From Eledone cirrhosa (taxonomy: Eukaryota), in contig OZ024747.1 in NCBI GenBank assembly GCA_964016885.1, positions 67,332,001-67,396,000 of the forward strand: a stretch of DNA of 64,000 nucleotides. Direction: 5' to 3'. Below are positions 1-13,200 of the stretch, in pieces; the first letter of the stretch is position 1, and every line of letters begins with the position of its first letter. Both the position numbers and the translations under genes were made by a program. The notes below the pieces were generated by a model, which worked only from the letters and a program-made list of their open reading frames with translations, was not told the DNA's origin and did no database searches.

Positions 1-139
1 ATACACACACATACACACACATACACACACACATATATCTGTGTATGTATGTATGAGTGTGTCTGCATATATGTATGTGTATATGTGTATATGTGTTTGT
101 CGATAAATACAAACATATACACACACACATTTATATATT

Positions 140-366
140 TCAGACCGGGTGATGTGTTGTTTCCTTGAGCAAGACACTTTATTTCACATTGCTCCAGTTT
201 ACTCAGCTGCAAAGTGGTCGTGGAGGTACCACGGCAAAAAAGCACCCAGCACTCACTGTAAATGAGGTTGGTGTTAGGAAGGGCATCCAGCTGTAGAAAT
301 CAAGCCAGAATCAGTTCCTGTCCCACCCTTGCAAGCAGGGAAAAGCGGACGTAAAATGATGATGAT
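140..366 (+). mobile_element. SINE family B, 5'-truncated
   Basis: Matches 61448-61715. Confidence 0.8.
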
Positions 367-377
367 AAATATAAATT

Positions 378-560
378 AGCGAGAATCGTATTTCGGCTAT
401 TGGAAATTAGTGAAAAACAACTTCCGAGATGTGTGGCAAGCGCTCCATAGAAGCTAGTGAACTAGAGCAACAACATAAGTTAAAAGGCCAAACACCGAGA
501 CGATGGTTAAACCATTATCCGCACAACCATAGAAACGACCAAGTAATTCGGGTCAAACAA
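378..560 (+). mobile_element. Penelope-related fragment
   Basis: agcgagaatcg.atttcgg...ctagagc resembles 13900-14060. Confidence 0.45.
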
Positions 561-636
561 ATAAAATATGATTGAAAATTATACCCGGACCCCTGGAAGG
601 AGAGAGAGGAGGGAAGAGAGAGGGGGGGGGGGAGAA

Positions 637-707
<71 letters not shown>

Positions 708-719
708 AAATTATATTTG

Positions 720-1560
720 TATATATACAGTGTGGACCTGGAAAAGTCATACGACAACGTTCCATGGGACTTGATGAGGAAGGTTCTGCCATAATGTGGG
801 ATCAACGGACAGTTTCATGTTGCGTTGAACTCCCTATACGAATGCCATAGTATTTGTATTCGGATAAATGGTTCTAAGTCGAAACCATTCATTGTGGGTG
901 TCCGACTCCGCCAAGAGCTCTTACAGTCACCACTCCTGTTCATAATCTTGATGAACATGATTGACATAATCAGCCGGCTTGGAAGTGGTATCAAAGCCAG
1001 CAGGTAGAGGATCAGACGGCTGAAATTTGCAGACGATATGGTACTACTTAACTCATTGGAACGTGATCTTTGACATGCACTGCCGAATGCTGCACGACAG
1101 GAAAGAAGACCAGTGCTGCAAAGACTGAAACACTCGTCCTTGAAAAGAAACCTACACAGTGCATTCTACATATGAATGGAGTTCCACTGAAGCAAATGGA
1201 GAAGTTCAAGTATCACTATGCTGTTTTCGCGAATGATGGAAAAGCTGAGGTTAAATGAAATGCAAGAATTGCTGGAACTTGCGCAGTAATGCACCAGATT
1301 CAACATTCGCTCACTAGATGAAGGGACGTAGGTGTAAAAGCCAAATTCGCTTTCTGAAAATCAGTGTTCGTGCCTTGCTTTACCTATGCTCGTGAATCTT
1401 GTGTAATAACCGAAAGACTACGATTGTGAATACAAACGGTCGAAATGGGTAGGGCTGCTACTTCACCGAATCGAGAGATCACAGCTCTGATACTATGGAT
1501 ATGTGCTTAGAATGTCTTCGGAAATAATCAAAGTAAAGCATTCCGGGTTACCCACCCATG
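720..1560 (+). mobile_element. Degenerate RTE-like LINE RT fragment
   Basis: Broken frames with RINGSKSKPF..GVRLRQ..SPLLFII, FADD and EKFKY motifs. Confidence 0.75.
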
Positions 1561-2054
1561 AACGAGTTAGTACCTGATAGTTAAGTCGAGTCAGAGCACC
1601 CCACGTTTCTGCATGCCACAAACTTTCAGAGAATCAACGAAATTTCCTGTAATCGTTTCTTCAGGGATATCAGCAATAAAATCACCCACATTATTTAATA
1701 ACTGTTTCTACTTTCGGCACAAGGCCAGCAATTACCCAGTGCGTTACATGGTACTTTATTTTATCGACCCCGTAAGGATGAAAGGAAAAGTCAACCTCGG
1801 TTATTTAATAACGCTTCTTTGCAGATCGACAAGGGTTAGCACGCAAAATATATATGTAATATGTAGATAATGCATATTAAATACACATGACATCATATTT
1901 TGATGTGCGTATAAGCAACTGTATATGTATATATATATAGTGTAGGTAGTACGTTTTATTTTATCATATATATATATTGGGTCATCAAGTATGAAATTTG
2001 TAGAATTTCTTTTTCTACAAATTTCTACAAATTTCATGCTTGGCGACGCAATAC

Positions 2055-2131
<77 letters not shown>

Positions 2132-2141
2132 TGTAATTGTC

Positions 2142-2180
<39 letters not shown>

Positions 2181-2540
2181 TCATTTTTGCAAAGTCTATA
2201 CAAATCCACATTTCTACTCCGATTGACTTCAAACTTGCATTTATATATTCCTTGCGGTCTAAAGATACTAACTGCACCTTTTATTTTTCAATTTTCTGTT
2301 GTTAAAGGGGTGTTAGGCGTCGGTTATCGATCTCCGTCGCGCCCTTAATATCTGCCTGTAAGCCTGCTGTCTGCATAACGACATTATGACCAACACGTCA
2401 TTGCTGACGTATTATCTTCGCCACATTCACACACACACATACACACACGTATATATACATATATATACATATATATATATACACATATATATATACATAT
2501 ATACATATACACACGCATATATATACATACATATATATAA

Positions 2541-2594
<54 letters not shown>

Positions 2595-2599
<5 letters not shown>

Positions 2600-2772
2600 A
2601 ACGAGTAGGACCCCGACGGCTGAGCTCAAGCCGTTTCGACGGCTAATTCCGTCGAAACGGCTTGAGCTCAGCCGTTGGGGTCCTACTCGTTCCTATTACC
2701 CACTCTACTACCCTAAGTATTGAGTACTTTGGTGCGTTATGGTCCACCTGGTTCCTTACCACATTTACTCCG

Positions 2773-2775
<3 letters not shown>
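2595..2775 (+). mobile_element. Penelope-type pseudo-LTR fragment forming a near-perfect 48-bp hairpin
   Basis: 2595-2642 pairs with 2649-2696 (loop ctaatt, one G-T pair). Contains a hammerhead 3' half: GAAA-cggcttgagctcagccg-TY. Confidence 0.65.
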
Positions 2776-2816
<41 letters not shown>

Positions 2817-2859
2817 TAAAATAACAGATTAAAGTTTAAGCAAAGAATTTTATTATTAT

Positions 2860-2910
<51 letters not shown>

Positions 2911-3039
2911 CATACATATGCAAACACATACATATGCAAACACATATATATATACACATATAAATATACACATAAAAATATATCTATCTATCTAGGTAGG
3001 TCGGGTAGAATTCCCGAGATCCATGGACGAGTTCTCTCC

Positions 3040-3790
3040 AGCGTGGGTTTTGGCCGTGTAAAACAGGTTATAACAAGAAGATAGAAATATAAAAAATTAA
3101 AAAATTCCGCAATAGGGGGAAAACTTCCGAGGGTCACTCGTGACGAAAACCACACAAAAGACCACGGCCACCTTGACCACCAGGGCAAGCGCCTTCTCTC
3201 AATTTTACACTCCTCAGTCTACAGGCGCATAATCAGAGCGGCCCGGTCAAGCGCCGGACATGTCCAGATGCTCGGCACTGCTCTCAAGGAATATGAAGCA
3301 GTGACAGGAGCAAAGTTAAACCAGGAAAAGTCAGTGGGCTTGCAGCTCGGTACCTGCAGAGGCAAGTCCATGCCGCCCGACAGCGTCGTGGGGCGCTGAA
3401 CGGAAGGCCCGGTTAAATTGCTCGGGGTCTGGTTCGGTCCGGACCTCCAGATGGAGAAAAACTAGAGCGAGGTGACGAACAGGGTGGCCTCTCTCACCCA
3501 GAAATGGGCCGAGAGGAAGCTGTCCCTGAAAGGTCGGGCAGAAGTGGCGAATGCGTTCATCGCATCCGTCATCTGCTACCGCCTAACCGTTGTGCCTTGC
3601 CCCGCCCCAACTATGACAAAAATGGAGCGCCTCCTCTTTCATTTTTTATGGAAGGGACATGCTCCCATGGTCAGACGAGCCATCGGCTGTCAATACCCGT
3701 TGCGTGAAGGGCTGGGCATGCCGTTGCTGATGATGTGCAAACACGCGCGGAGGCTGCGACATCTCTGGTGCTTCCTTGACGGTGCAAAAG
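3040..3790 (+). mobile_element. Tx1-like LINE fragment (ORF2 segment on +, preceded by a probably inverted 3'-end-like piece)
   Basis: ORF 3472-4044 (KWAERKLSLKGRAEVANAFIASVICYRLTVVPCP) is paralogous to the 5819-7399 ORF. Confidence 0.85.
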
Positions 3791-3933
3791 TGATGACACA
3801 CATACACACAGACAATTTCACTTTTATATGTATGTATAGATATACATACATATACAAACACATATGCACACATATATATATATATACACATATACTTATA
3901 TATAAATATACTCATAAAAATATATCTATCTAT

Positions 3934-4150
3934 CTAGGGCGGGTAAAATTCCCGAGATCCATGGACGAGTTCTTTCCAGCGGTCTCTGTCCCTCATTATC
4001 GCTGCCATATCCTGCGTCTCCAACAAACCAGTGTCTGTCCTTAGAGCATCAACATATGTTAACTTCGGTCTTCCTCTTCCAGTGTGTCCATGCAAGGGCT
4101 CCCACAGGAGCACTGAGTGCAGTGTCAACTCTGGATGTCGGTGAGCATGT
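3934..4150 (-). mobile_element. RTE/RTEX-like LINE 3' end with (TAGA)n tail
   Basis: C-terminal motif LWEP..GRGRPKLTYVD..DRDRWKELV. A short copy of the same end sits at about 2985-3042. Confidence 0.75.
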
Positions 4151-4159
4151 TCAGTTCGT

Positions 4160-4251
4160 GAGTTTTTAACAGGCACTCACAAATAAACGTTTCCTATTGG
4201 AGGTGCTATTACCAATGTTCTTACCCGTGCAACGCCGGGATACACTGCTAG
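4160..4251 (+). mobile_element. Helitron 3' terminus fragment
   Basis: Hairpin cccgtgcaacgccggg followed by CTAG|t. Matches the terminus at 51410-51438. Confidence 0.7.
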
Positions 4252-4363
4252 TATATATATATATGAATATTTGTGATTATGCTTCTATGGACTTAATTAA
4301 GATAGCATATACACAATACACAGTTTATGCATGCGTGTAACCGAAGGATATTATGAGCATGTG

Positions 4364-4411
<48 letters not shown>

Positions 4412-4454
4412 TGTGTGTGTGTATGTGCGCGCGCGCGCGTGTGTGTGTGTTTGT

Positions 4455-4533
<79 letters not shown>

Positions 4534-4890
4534 CGTGTGAGTGTGCGTGCGTGTGTGTGTGTGTGCGTGTGTGTGTGTGCGTGTGTGCGTGTAAATGTTC
4601 TGTTGAAGATAACGAAGGATTTATGGACATGTAACGATGTTTTCTTCTAAACAGAAAAAACAGACCTGGAGGATAGATTTTATTTTTTTTAATGTTGTCG
4701 TTGTCGTAGTTGTGTCTCTTATCTTGGCTATTGTTGTTGCTGTTGTTGATATGGTTTTTGTTGTTGTTCTTGTTGTTGATGTTTTTTGCTGTTGTGGTGG
4801 TGGTGGTGGTGGTGGTGGTGGTGGTTATGGTGGTGGTGCTGGTAGTGGTGATGGTTGATGGTGATGGTGGGGAGACTAATGAATAAATAA

Positions 4891-4997
<107 letters not shown>

Positions 4998-5094
4998 ATG
5001 TATTGATTTTATACATTAAATTTTGCTCTGATACTTACATAGAGCACTCTTCATTTCTATGACCTTTTCTGTTTCCAACGGAAATTTCAATACT

Positions 5095-5145
<51 letters not shown>

Positions 5146-5354
5146 CAGGGGCGGTGTTTGGTAGTGATAAATAGAGTGAGAGGGAATGCGAGAGAATGTT
5201 GTATGGTAGATATATAGAGGGAGAGAGTCTGGTGTTAATTGATAGAGAGGGGGATTGGAAGAGAGTTCCGTGTAGTAGATATAGAGAGGGGGAGAGAGTT
5301 TGGTAGTGATGGATAGAGTGAGAGGGAATGAGAGAGACTGTTGTATGGTAGATA

Positions 5355-8300
5355 TATATTTCTATTTATTTGCCACCAGGGCATCAAAGATTGGGACAAA
5401 TACAAAGGGGGGAGTTTACATACATTTAAAAAGACGTGTAAAAAACATATAACAAATTAAATTTAACAATCGATGTCCTCAATAGGGAGGGGCGTTGACA
5501 TGGGTCGCACACACCCCCGAAAAAATGTGCAACCCTCCTCTTCAGGAGCACAAAGAGCGGGTGCTTCCTTCTTCTTCTCATTCTTCTCCTCTCTCACCTA
5601 CAGGCTGATATAGAGAGAAGGCCCATTCACTCGGGCCATTCTCGCTACTTTCACCCATCTTTCATAAAACTTGCTGGGGTAGAGCACCTCTCTCTCCATT
5701 CTGATCCTTCTTCTAAAGTGGTACTTGAAAAAAAAGACCAGTTGTTGGCCGGAGAGAAAGGTGTCTGACCTCAGCCCTTTCAACCTTGTCCACCATACAA
5801 CTTCTTTCGCCATGGCTATCACACAGAGGAAAACCGCCTCTCCTTCGTTTTTGAAAGGGGAGCCGGTTTGATCGTGACAATGTTCTCGGTGGTCAACCGG
5901 ATTGGTCCCATCCGCGACAGTAGTCGTTCTACATAGCCCCACAGGTCAGCAACGCCCGGGCAGTGTACAAATGCGTGTGCGACGGTTTCCTCGTCACGCA
6001 CGCATCTTGGAATGATCTTCTTCGAGGGGTCCCTACCCGGGCGCCCGTGTCTGTAGAGCTTGTCCCGAACGGGTAGAGCTCCTCGGTAACATTGCCAAGC
6101 CAGGGACTTTTGGAAGTTGTCCATCGGTCCCGGGCCAAATGTCCTACCGAACAGACTGGCCAGCTCGTCTTCCTCCATGCCCAGAGCCTCTCCGAGAGCG
6201 TCGTCGCACTTACTGCGCACCAACCCTCTATAGAATGTTGAGGTTGAGTCTCCACTGATTGCCGGATCCGCTTGCCAGAGGGCCGTGAGCGCCTGGGCAC
6301 ATTCAATGTGCCAGTTGCCCACTTTTCTCGGTCTTTGCTTGACCCAGGATTGCAGCTCGGTGAGTGAGACGAGTCTCAGAAAGGCTCGCCTCACAAACAG
6401 GGCCCACACCGGCTGACCGGTGAGGAATACCTGGAGGTGCCGTAACCTTAATGCGTGTCTACGCATCGTCAGCCACGGCAACCCCAGCCCTCCGTTTGAA
6501 GGGTGTTGACAGCAGATGGATCTTCTCACCAAAGGAGCCCGCTTCTTCCAAAGAAATCGGAAGAGCGCGCGCTCCATTTTGGCGAGTGTTTTCTCTGGGC
6601 AAGGCACGACGGTCAAGCGGTAGTAGATGACGGACGCTATATAAGCGTTCGCCACCTCCGCTCGACCTTTCAGGGATAGCTTGCACTCGGCCCACTTCTG
6701 GGCGAGTGCAAACACCTTTCCCGTTACCTCGTCCCAGTTTTTCTCCACCTGGAGGTCCCGTCCGAACCAGACCCCGAGCAGCTTCACCGGTCCCTCCGTC
6801 CAGCGTCCGACGATGCCGTCGGAGGGCATCGTTTTGCCCCTCCACGTCCCGAGTTGCAAACCGACGGACTTGTCCCGGTTCAGCTTGGCTCCTGTGAACC
6901 TTTCATATTCCTCCAGTAAGGTGCCGATCTGCCCGATTTCCGAGGCGCACGACACCATTACTGTCACGTCATCGGCGTAGGCCGATACCGCTTTCCGCAA
7001 TCCCGGTTCCAAGGGAATGCCCTGCAACAGCTCCAGCTTCCGCAGTAGTGGCTCGAGAGCCAGCACATACAGGAGGGAAGAGGGAGGGCATCCCTGTCGA
7101 ATGGATCGCGTGATTTGGAACGGCTCCGAGAGGTAGCCGTTCACCTTGACCCTCGAGCAGGTGTTGCTGCTGTGCATTGCAGCAATCCAGCCCCTGAAAA
7201 CGGGTCCGAAGCCTGTCGCCGCGAGCACCGCATCCAGGTACCGATGGTCAACCCTATCGAACGCCTTAGATTGATCCAAGTTGATCAGGGCTCCACCAAA
7301 GCCGGGTTCGTTCCCTACCCTCTCTACGATGTATCGCATGAGGCGGAGGTTGTCGTGTATGGACCTGGACGGGATTTCGCATGTCTGCGCTTCTCCCACC
7401 AGGTTCCGACGACAAGCGCCAACCTCTTCGCTAACACCTTGGCCAAAATCTTTAACTCTGTGTTTAGCAGAGTTATGGGCCTGAAGTTATCTATGTTATC
7501 CCCCTTGTTCTCGTCCTTCCTCACCAGTGTGACTACACCCTTGGTCACAGAACTGGGAATTCTCCCGTTCTGTTGCCAATTGCAGTAGACCGCCTCGAGG
7601 AGACCGGAGAACAAGCCCGGCATCGCTACATAAAGTTCGTATGGTAGACCATCGAGACCCGGAGATTTGCGTTTGCCGCATTGGCTCAGCGCTTCCCTTA
7701 TTTCAGCGGCTGAAATCGGCCTCTCGCAGGACTTCGCCTCCCCGTCCGAGAGCCGCGTCAGACCGTCGAGATATGGACCGAAATCCATGGCCCCACCCGG
7801 CGCGCCGCCCCTCCCGAACAGTCGTGCAAAGCGCCGTTGAAAGGCCGCGCTCATCCGCTCAGGTTCAAGGATCACGCGTCCATCCTGGTCCTTCAAAGAC
7901 CGAATCGTGGACTTGTTTCCACTTTTTGCCTCTGTCACTCGGGCTCAGCTAACAGGTTTGGCTCCCTCGTTACCCAGAGCACGTATTTTACTCCTGACAA
8001 CGCAGTCCTCGTGCTTCGCATCAAAGAACTGATCTAGGGCCGTTCTTGACGCCAGCACGCTGGCCACGTTGCCACTCCTAATCGCCTCTACTCTATTTGT
8101 TAATTCTACTCTATTTGTTAATTCCCTTTCAGTTCTATTCCTATCTGATGCTAATTCCCGACTAAAACCTATCGATTCTATTCTAATTTCTCTCTTGAGA
8201 GAGCCCCACCACCTGCTGTTGACAATTTCCCCCGTCAAACGCTGCTTAACTAGTGTTCTAATCCGCTTACTGTAAGCTTTGTTTGTCGGTAAAGACAAGT

Positions 8301-10235
8301 TTAGCTTCCAGTAACCGGGTCCCTGTCTATGAGTTCTATCAAGGTTAACCACTCCGGTCACCAACTTGTGATCCGAATAGTCAACCATGAACATTCCTGG
8401 ACAGCTTAATATGTCCCTATCCTTATTTCTAACTAGGAACCTATCTAGGTACGACCTAGATGTTCCGCTGCGATTACTCCACGTCTACCGTGGCACAGTC
8501 GGAAAATCTAGTCGATATCTATCGGCCAGATCAAATCGGCCGATTAATCGTTTGAGGCTGTTACACCCCCCCCCCCCTCTATCGGGACATGCCCCTACAT
8601 AGTCCCAACGTGCATCCAGGATACCATTCCAGTCCCCCACTAAAAGCAAGGAGCGAGACGTTCCCAGGAAATTCTCCAGGCGTCGGAAGAAGTCCGGTCG
8701 CGGTGTCCCAGATGGGGCATACGCTGCCACCAGCCTGAAAGCTCCACCTTCACCACTGCTGACGTCTAAAACCACCAGTCGACCCTCCGGGTCCATGTGT
8801 ACCTTCTGTATGGCAAGACCCAGGTATTTTCGCAGCAGAACGACAACCCCACCCCCACCCCTCGGCTGACAGAGAGATGCGTAGATCTCAAAGTTGTCGA
8901 ATGTGGGGGCCAGTTGGCGCTCGCTGCTGATCCTGGACTCGCAAATAACCATTACATCCACTCTGTGCGACCTGAGGTCATTTAAGAGTTTGCCCTGTTT
9001 CCAGGACATCCCCAGGCCGCGTGCATTCACACATCCAACTCTTATATTGGCCATTGGTGCTGAAGAATTAAAAAGGAAGAGGAAAGGAAATTACTTACCT
9101 CTTCGTCTCCTGGGGACCAGGCTGCACAATTCCCATGGGTGTGTTGGAAGGGTTGTTTGGTGGGGTGGTGGTTTGTTGGGGGGGAGGACATCAGTGTGTG
9201 GTGGGATTAGGGTGTTTGGTGGGGTGTGGGTGTCTGGTGTGGGGGTGGGGAAACATCTCAATAGAACGCTGTTATGTGGTTTGGTGCAGTTGGTCCCCAC
9301 ATGCATTGGATGGTTCTTTTTCAAAGTTACATAGGTTTCCGTTGGGACCCTAATCATCATTAGGTGCGGTTTGTTCGCTGCGTAGGTGAAAGTGATCCCT
9401 TCGGTTTCCACCGAAGGGTTATTTTCTATCGCTTTCATCAACGTTTTATTGTTCTTGTTAATGTATGTATAGAGTTTTTGTTGTGTTGTGTTTGTTTTTG
9501 TTTGTTGTTCTTGCGCGTGTTTGCGTTTTGTAGTACGTGTTATGTTTTGGGGAGGGGTGGGTTTTTTTATTTGTGATGTTTGTTCTGTTTGTGCTGGTGG
9601 TTGTGTGTTTGTGGCATTTTTGTTAATGTGGTGCATTTTTTTTTCCTTTTCACCTGTTGAAAGGGTTCTCCCTCGTCGTCACTGGGTGACGTTGATACGG
9701 AGTCCTCTTCCGTGTTGTTGGGGAGGGGTATATTTTGGGGTTTTGTTGTGGTTGCTTTTGTATTTGTTTTAGGTGGGGAGGGGTTGGGTGGAACAGTGTT
9801 TTGTGTTGTCATTTTTCCGTGTTGTTGTTGTTGTTGTGGTGGTGGTGGTGGTGGTGGTGGTGGTGGTGGTGGTGGCTGTGTTGTTGTGTTCGGGGTTGGC
9901 AGAAGAGCCTTTTTTTTTACTCGTTAATTGAGGACAGGCAGCCCTCAGGTGACCCCTGCTTAATCAGTGGTAACATGACGGCCGCCTTCCCTCCACTGAA
10001 ATGTTTATATAAGTTAGCCTTCCAGAGGCACACGCGTTGTGGGATATTCGCTATTCGTTCTGGGCTCATTTGCACCAGAACTTCTACGGTGGTCCCACCA
10101 AATACACCTCCGGAGGACTTTCCTATTGAAATTATCTTGTCTTCGTCAAAGTCAATGATTCCACATAGTATCCACCAAATATTTACATTTGGTGTGATAC
10201 TCATTATTTTTATTCTTTGTGTTCTTTTTCCCCTG
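5355..10235 (-). mobile_element. Tx1/L1-clade non-LTR retrotransposon, near full length, frameshifted
   Basis: ORF2 pieces: APE endonuclease (VNARGL, VGDWN, SDH; 7945-9054), RT (PGLDG, FRPITLLN, DQSKAFDRV, RQGCP, YADD; 5819-7938) and a C-terminal zinc-finger relic (RC..EETVAHAFVHC). ORF1 relic at 9091-10204 has a CCHC-knuckle remnant (CYH..GHLRAACP). The 3' UTR ends in ...ggtggcaaataaatagaaat. Confidence 0.92.
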
Positions 10236-10239
10236 TATG

Positions 10240-13200
10240 TGCTGATAGACTAAAACGAACACTGATTCTAAACATAAAAAAGAAAATTTACATAGAATTA
10301 AGCCAACAAGGAAAACGAAAACGTAACCTAATGCAAGAATTAAAAAAGATCACTACACCAAGAGAAAAATCAGAATACATAAGCATTATACACGAAGAAG
10401 AAAAATACACCATGCAGAAATTCAACAAACATTTTAACAAGAAATTAACGTGGCTCAAACAGTTAAAACTAAAACAAGAAACTTCAGAAAATAGAAAAAA
10501 GTGCCTAGATAAGATCAATTGAATAAACATGGCGGACATCCCATTAACCGATGATTTCAACAACAACAACACAAATATATACGGCAACACTGCCGTTGAT
10601 CCTGACGAACTGTCCATCCTACAGTTACAATATAAATATGCCAGATATAGTAAGGGAAATATGATAAAATGCTTATCTGAGATAGAACAAACAATTACAA
10701 AAATAAGATGGAGACTAAAAAACAACAACAAAAATGACATCAACGACACGAACAACGATAACAACAAAAACAACACACACACACAACAATAACAACACAC
10801 AGACACAAAACAACACACACACAACATATACTATGCTTTCCACCACAATACACATCCCAACAACAAGAGACACAGGCACAGAAAACAGATTAGAAAATGA
10901 CAGTGACACAGAGGTAAGGGTCAGTAATAACAATGAGAAAGGTAGAGAAAACAATGACAAATGCAGGGGAGATAACCAGGACGAACACACAGACACAAAA
11001 TATATTAGAAAATAACAGTGACACAGAGGGAAGGGACAGGAGAAACAATGAGAGACATAGAAGCAACCATGAAGCTGTTGGTGGAAGTAGAGACAACATA
11101 ATTGATAATAACAACATAGTAAACAATACACCCTGCAATTCCACCCTCTACGCCCCATCTGATAAGTCCTTCGGCATGCGACGTCTTTACCCTACGACAC
11201 TCTCGTTTAACAAACGACCGTGTTTACCGTAACAAACTGATGACCAAACGGAGGCACAATTTACAATAGCCAGAACTAAACTTTAAAAGATTCTAGAACA
11301 GCAGTGCAAGAAACAGAATAAAATGAAGGCCCAGCAACTGGGTAAAAAATCTGCAAGTGGCTTGCGTAAGCTCATGCAGTGCTCACGAAATAGAGAGATT
11401 GTACGCTTTCCAACAGACAAGTCTGGCAGAATGTCAGTTTACAACCTGCCAAACAACATCCAGGCAATGCAACCCACATCATCAATACGAGAGAGGTAAC
11501 ATCACAAGAGCATGAGGAAAGGGAAAAAAACCCTCAACGCTCATATGATGATGTGGACTAACATAATGCAGCCTAATAAACGGACTGCCAACAACTTCCA
11601 GGCCTGGAACAACGATATACTAACGCTGTATGGTCTTCGCAAAGACCATAAGGCAAATAGTGACGCAGTCACAAGACCACCAACACGGCCAGTCTGTGGA
11701 GCTAACATTGCTAGCAACATTCCTCTCCCTGATTATACGCCCTATCATTGAAATGTCCCCAGATATATGCGACAGCACGGAGGACCTCCTCAGCAGTATC
11801 AGCGAATGCAACCTGTTTAGCGACCTAACAAGCTGTACAATAAATAGCATGGATGTAGTGTCCCTATACCCATCCATCGACGTTGATTTTGCTGTGAGAA
11901 AATGCGTAGAAATGATCAGCGAGGGGGATGTGGAATTCCATGGGTTTGATACCAGTGAGCTGGGACTCACACACAATAAGGAATAGTTAGACACACATGA
12001 CCTCAGCAGCCTACCATTACCTCAATGGCCTAGAAGACCCACACAGAAAGATGAAGTGGGATGATCAGAGTCATACGGACCCCCGAAAACCATGATGCAT
12101 TAAAGAAAATGATCGCACATGCGGTGGGGGCCAGTATAAAACTAACCCTTAAGTAACATATGTTCAAGTTTAATGGCAAAACATATGCCCAAGAGGGGGA
12201 GGTAACCATTGGCGTTAGCATTGCAGGTGACATAGCTAACCTCTTTATGGTATGGTGGGACAGAAGACTTAAGGAACAATTAGACAATTTCATAACCCTG
12301 ACTTTGTACTCCCGCTACGTAGATGACATAAATATCGTAGTAAAAACACCCCCACAGGAGAACAGTCAGGAATTAGAGAAGAACACCATGGAAAGCATCC
12401 AGAAAATAGCTAACTCCATCCACCAGAGTATTAAAGTTACTATAGACTACCCAACTAAACACCCCAACCATAGATTACCTGTACTAGACACAGAACTCTG
12501 GCTGGAAACTATTAATAATAGAACGCGAATCCACCATTCGATTTATGCCAAAGCCATGACTTCCAAATACCTGATCACATGACTTCCAAATACCTGATCC
12601 ACCGAAACTCAGCTGTTTCGGATCACATAAAAATCAGTATACTGATTGCGGACTTAGTAAGAGTGATGAGGAACGTGTTCCACATGTGCAACCCTAATGA
12701 ATTAAAGAGACACATACAACACTTCATCCACCACATGCAGTTCTTTGGCTACGATCGGAGAGACAACATCAGGGTTTATAAAAGAGCCAGAACGAAATGG
12801 GCAAAGATTGTAGAAAATGATGCAAATGGAACTTGCCCCATGTATAGGAGCATATTTTGGAACAAAATAGAAAGGATTAGGAATAAGGCAAATAAAATAA
12901 ACTCATGGTACGATAGCAATAAATACCAGAGTGTAATGTTCGTCAATACAACCCCTAGAGGTGAACTAGCTTACAGATTTAGAAGGACCGTAGACAACCT
13001 CATATTAAATATTAAGATAGTTGAAAGACCAGGTATTCCCATAAAAACTCTATAATTAGTAAAACATATCCATTTCAAAGATTCCCCTGTGCTGATAGGA
13101 AAGGCATAGTCTGCAAGCTAAGCCCGCAAATTAGCTGCAAAACTAGGAATGTAGTATATAGCATAAGATGTACTGAGGGACAGTGTAGGAATAAGAATAT

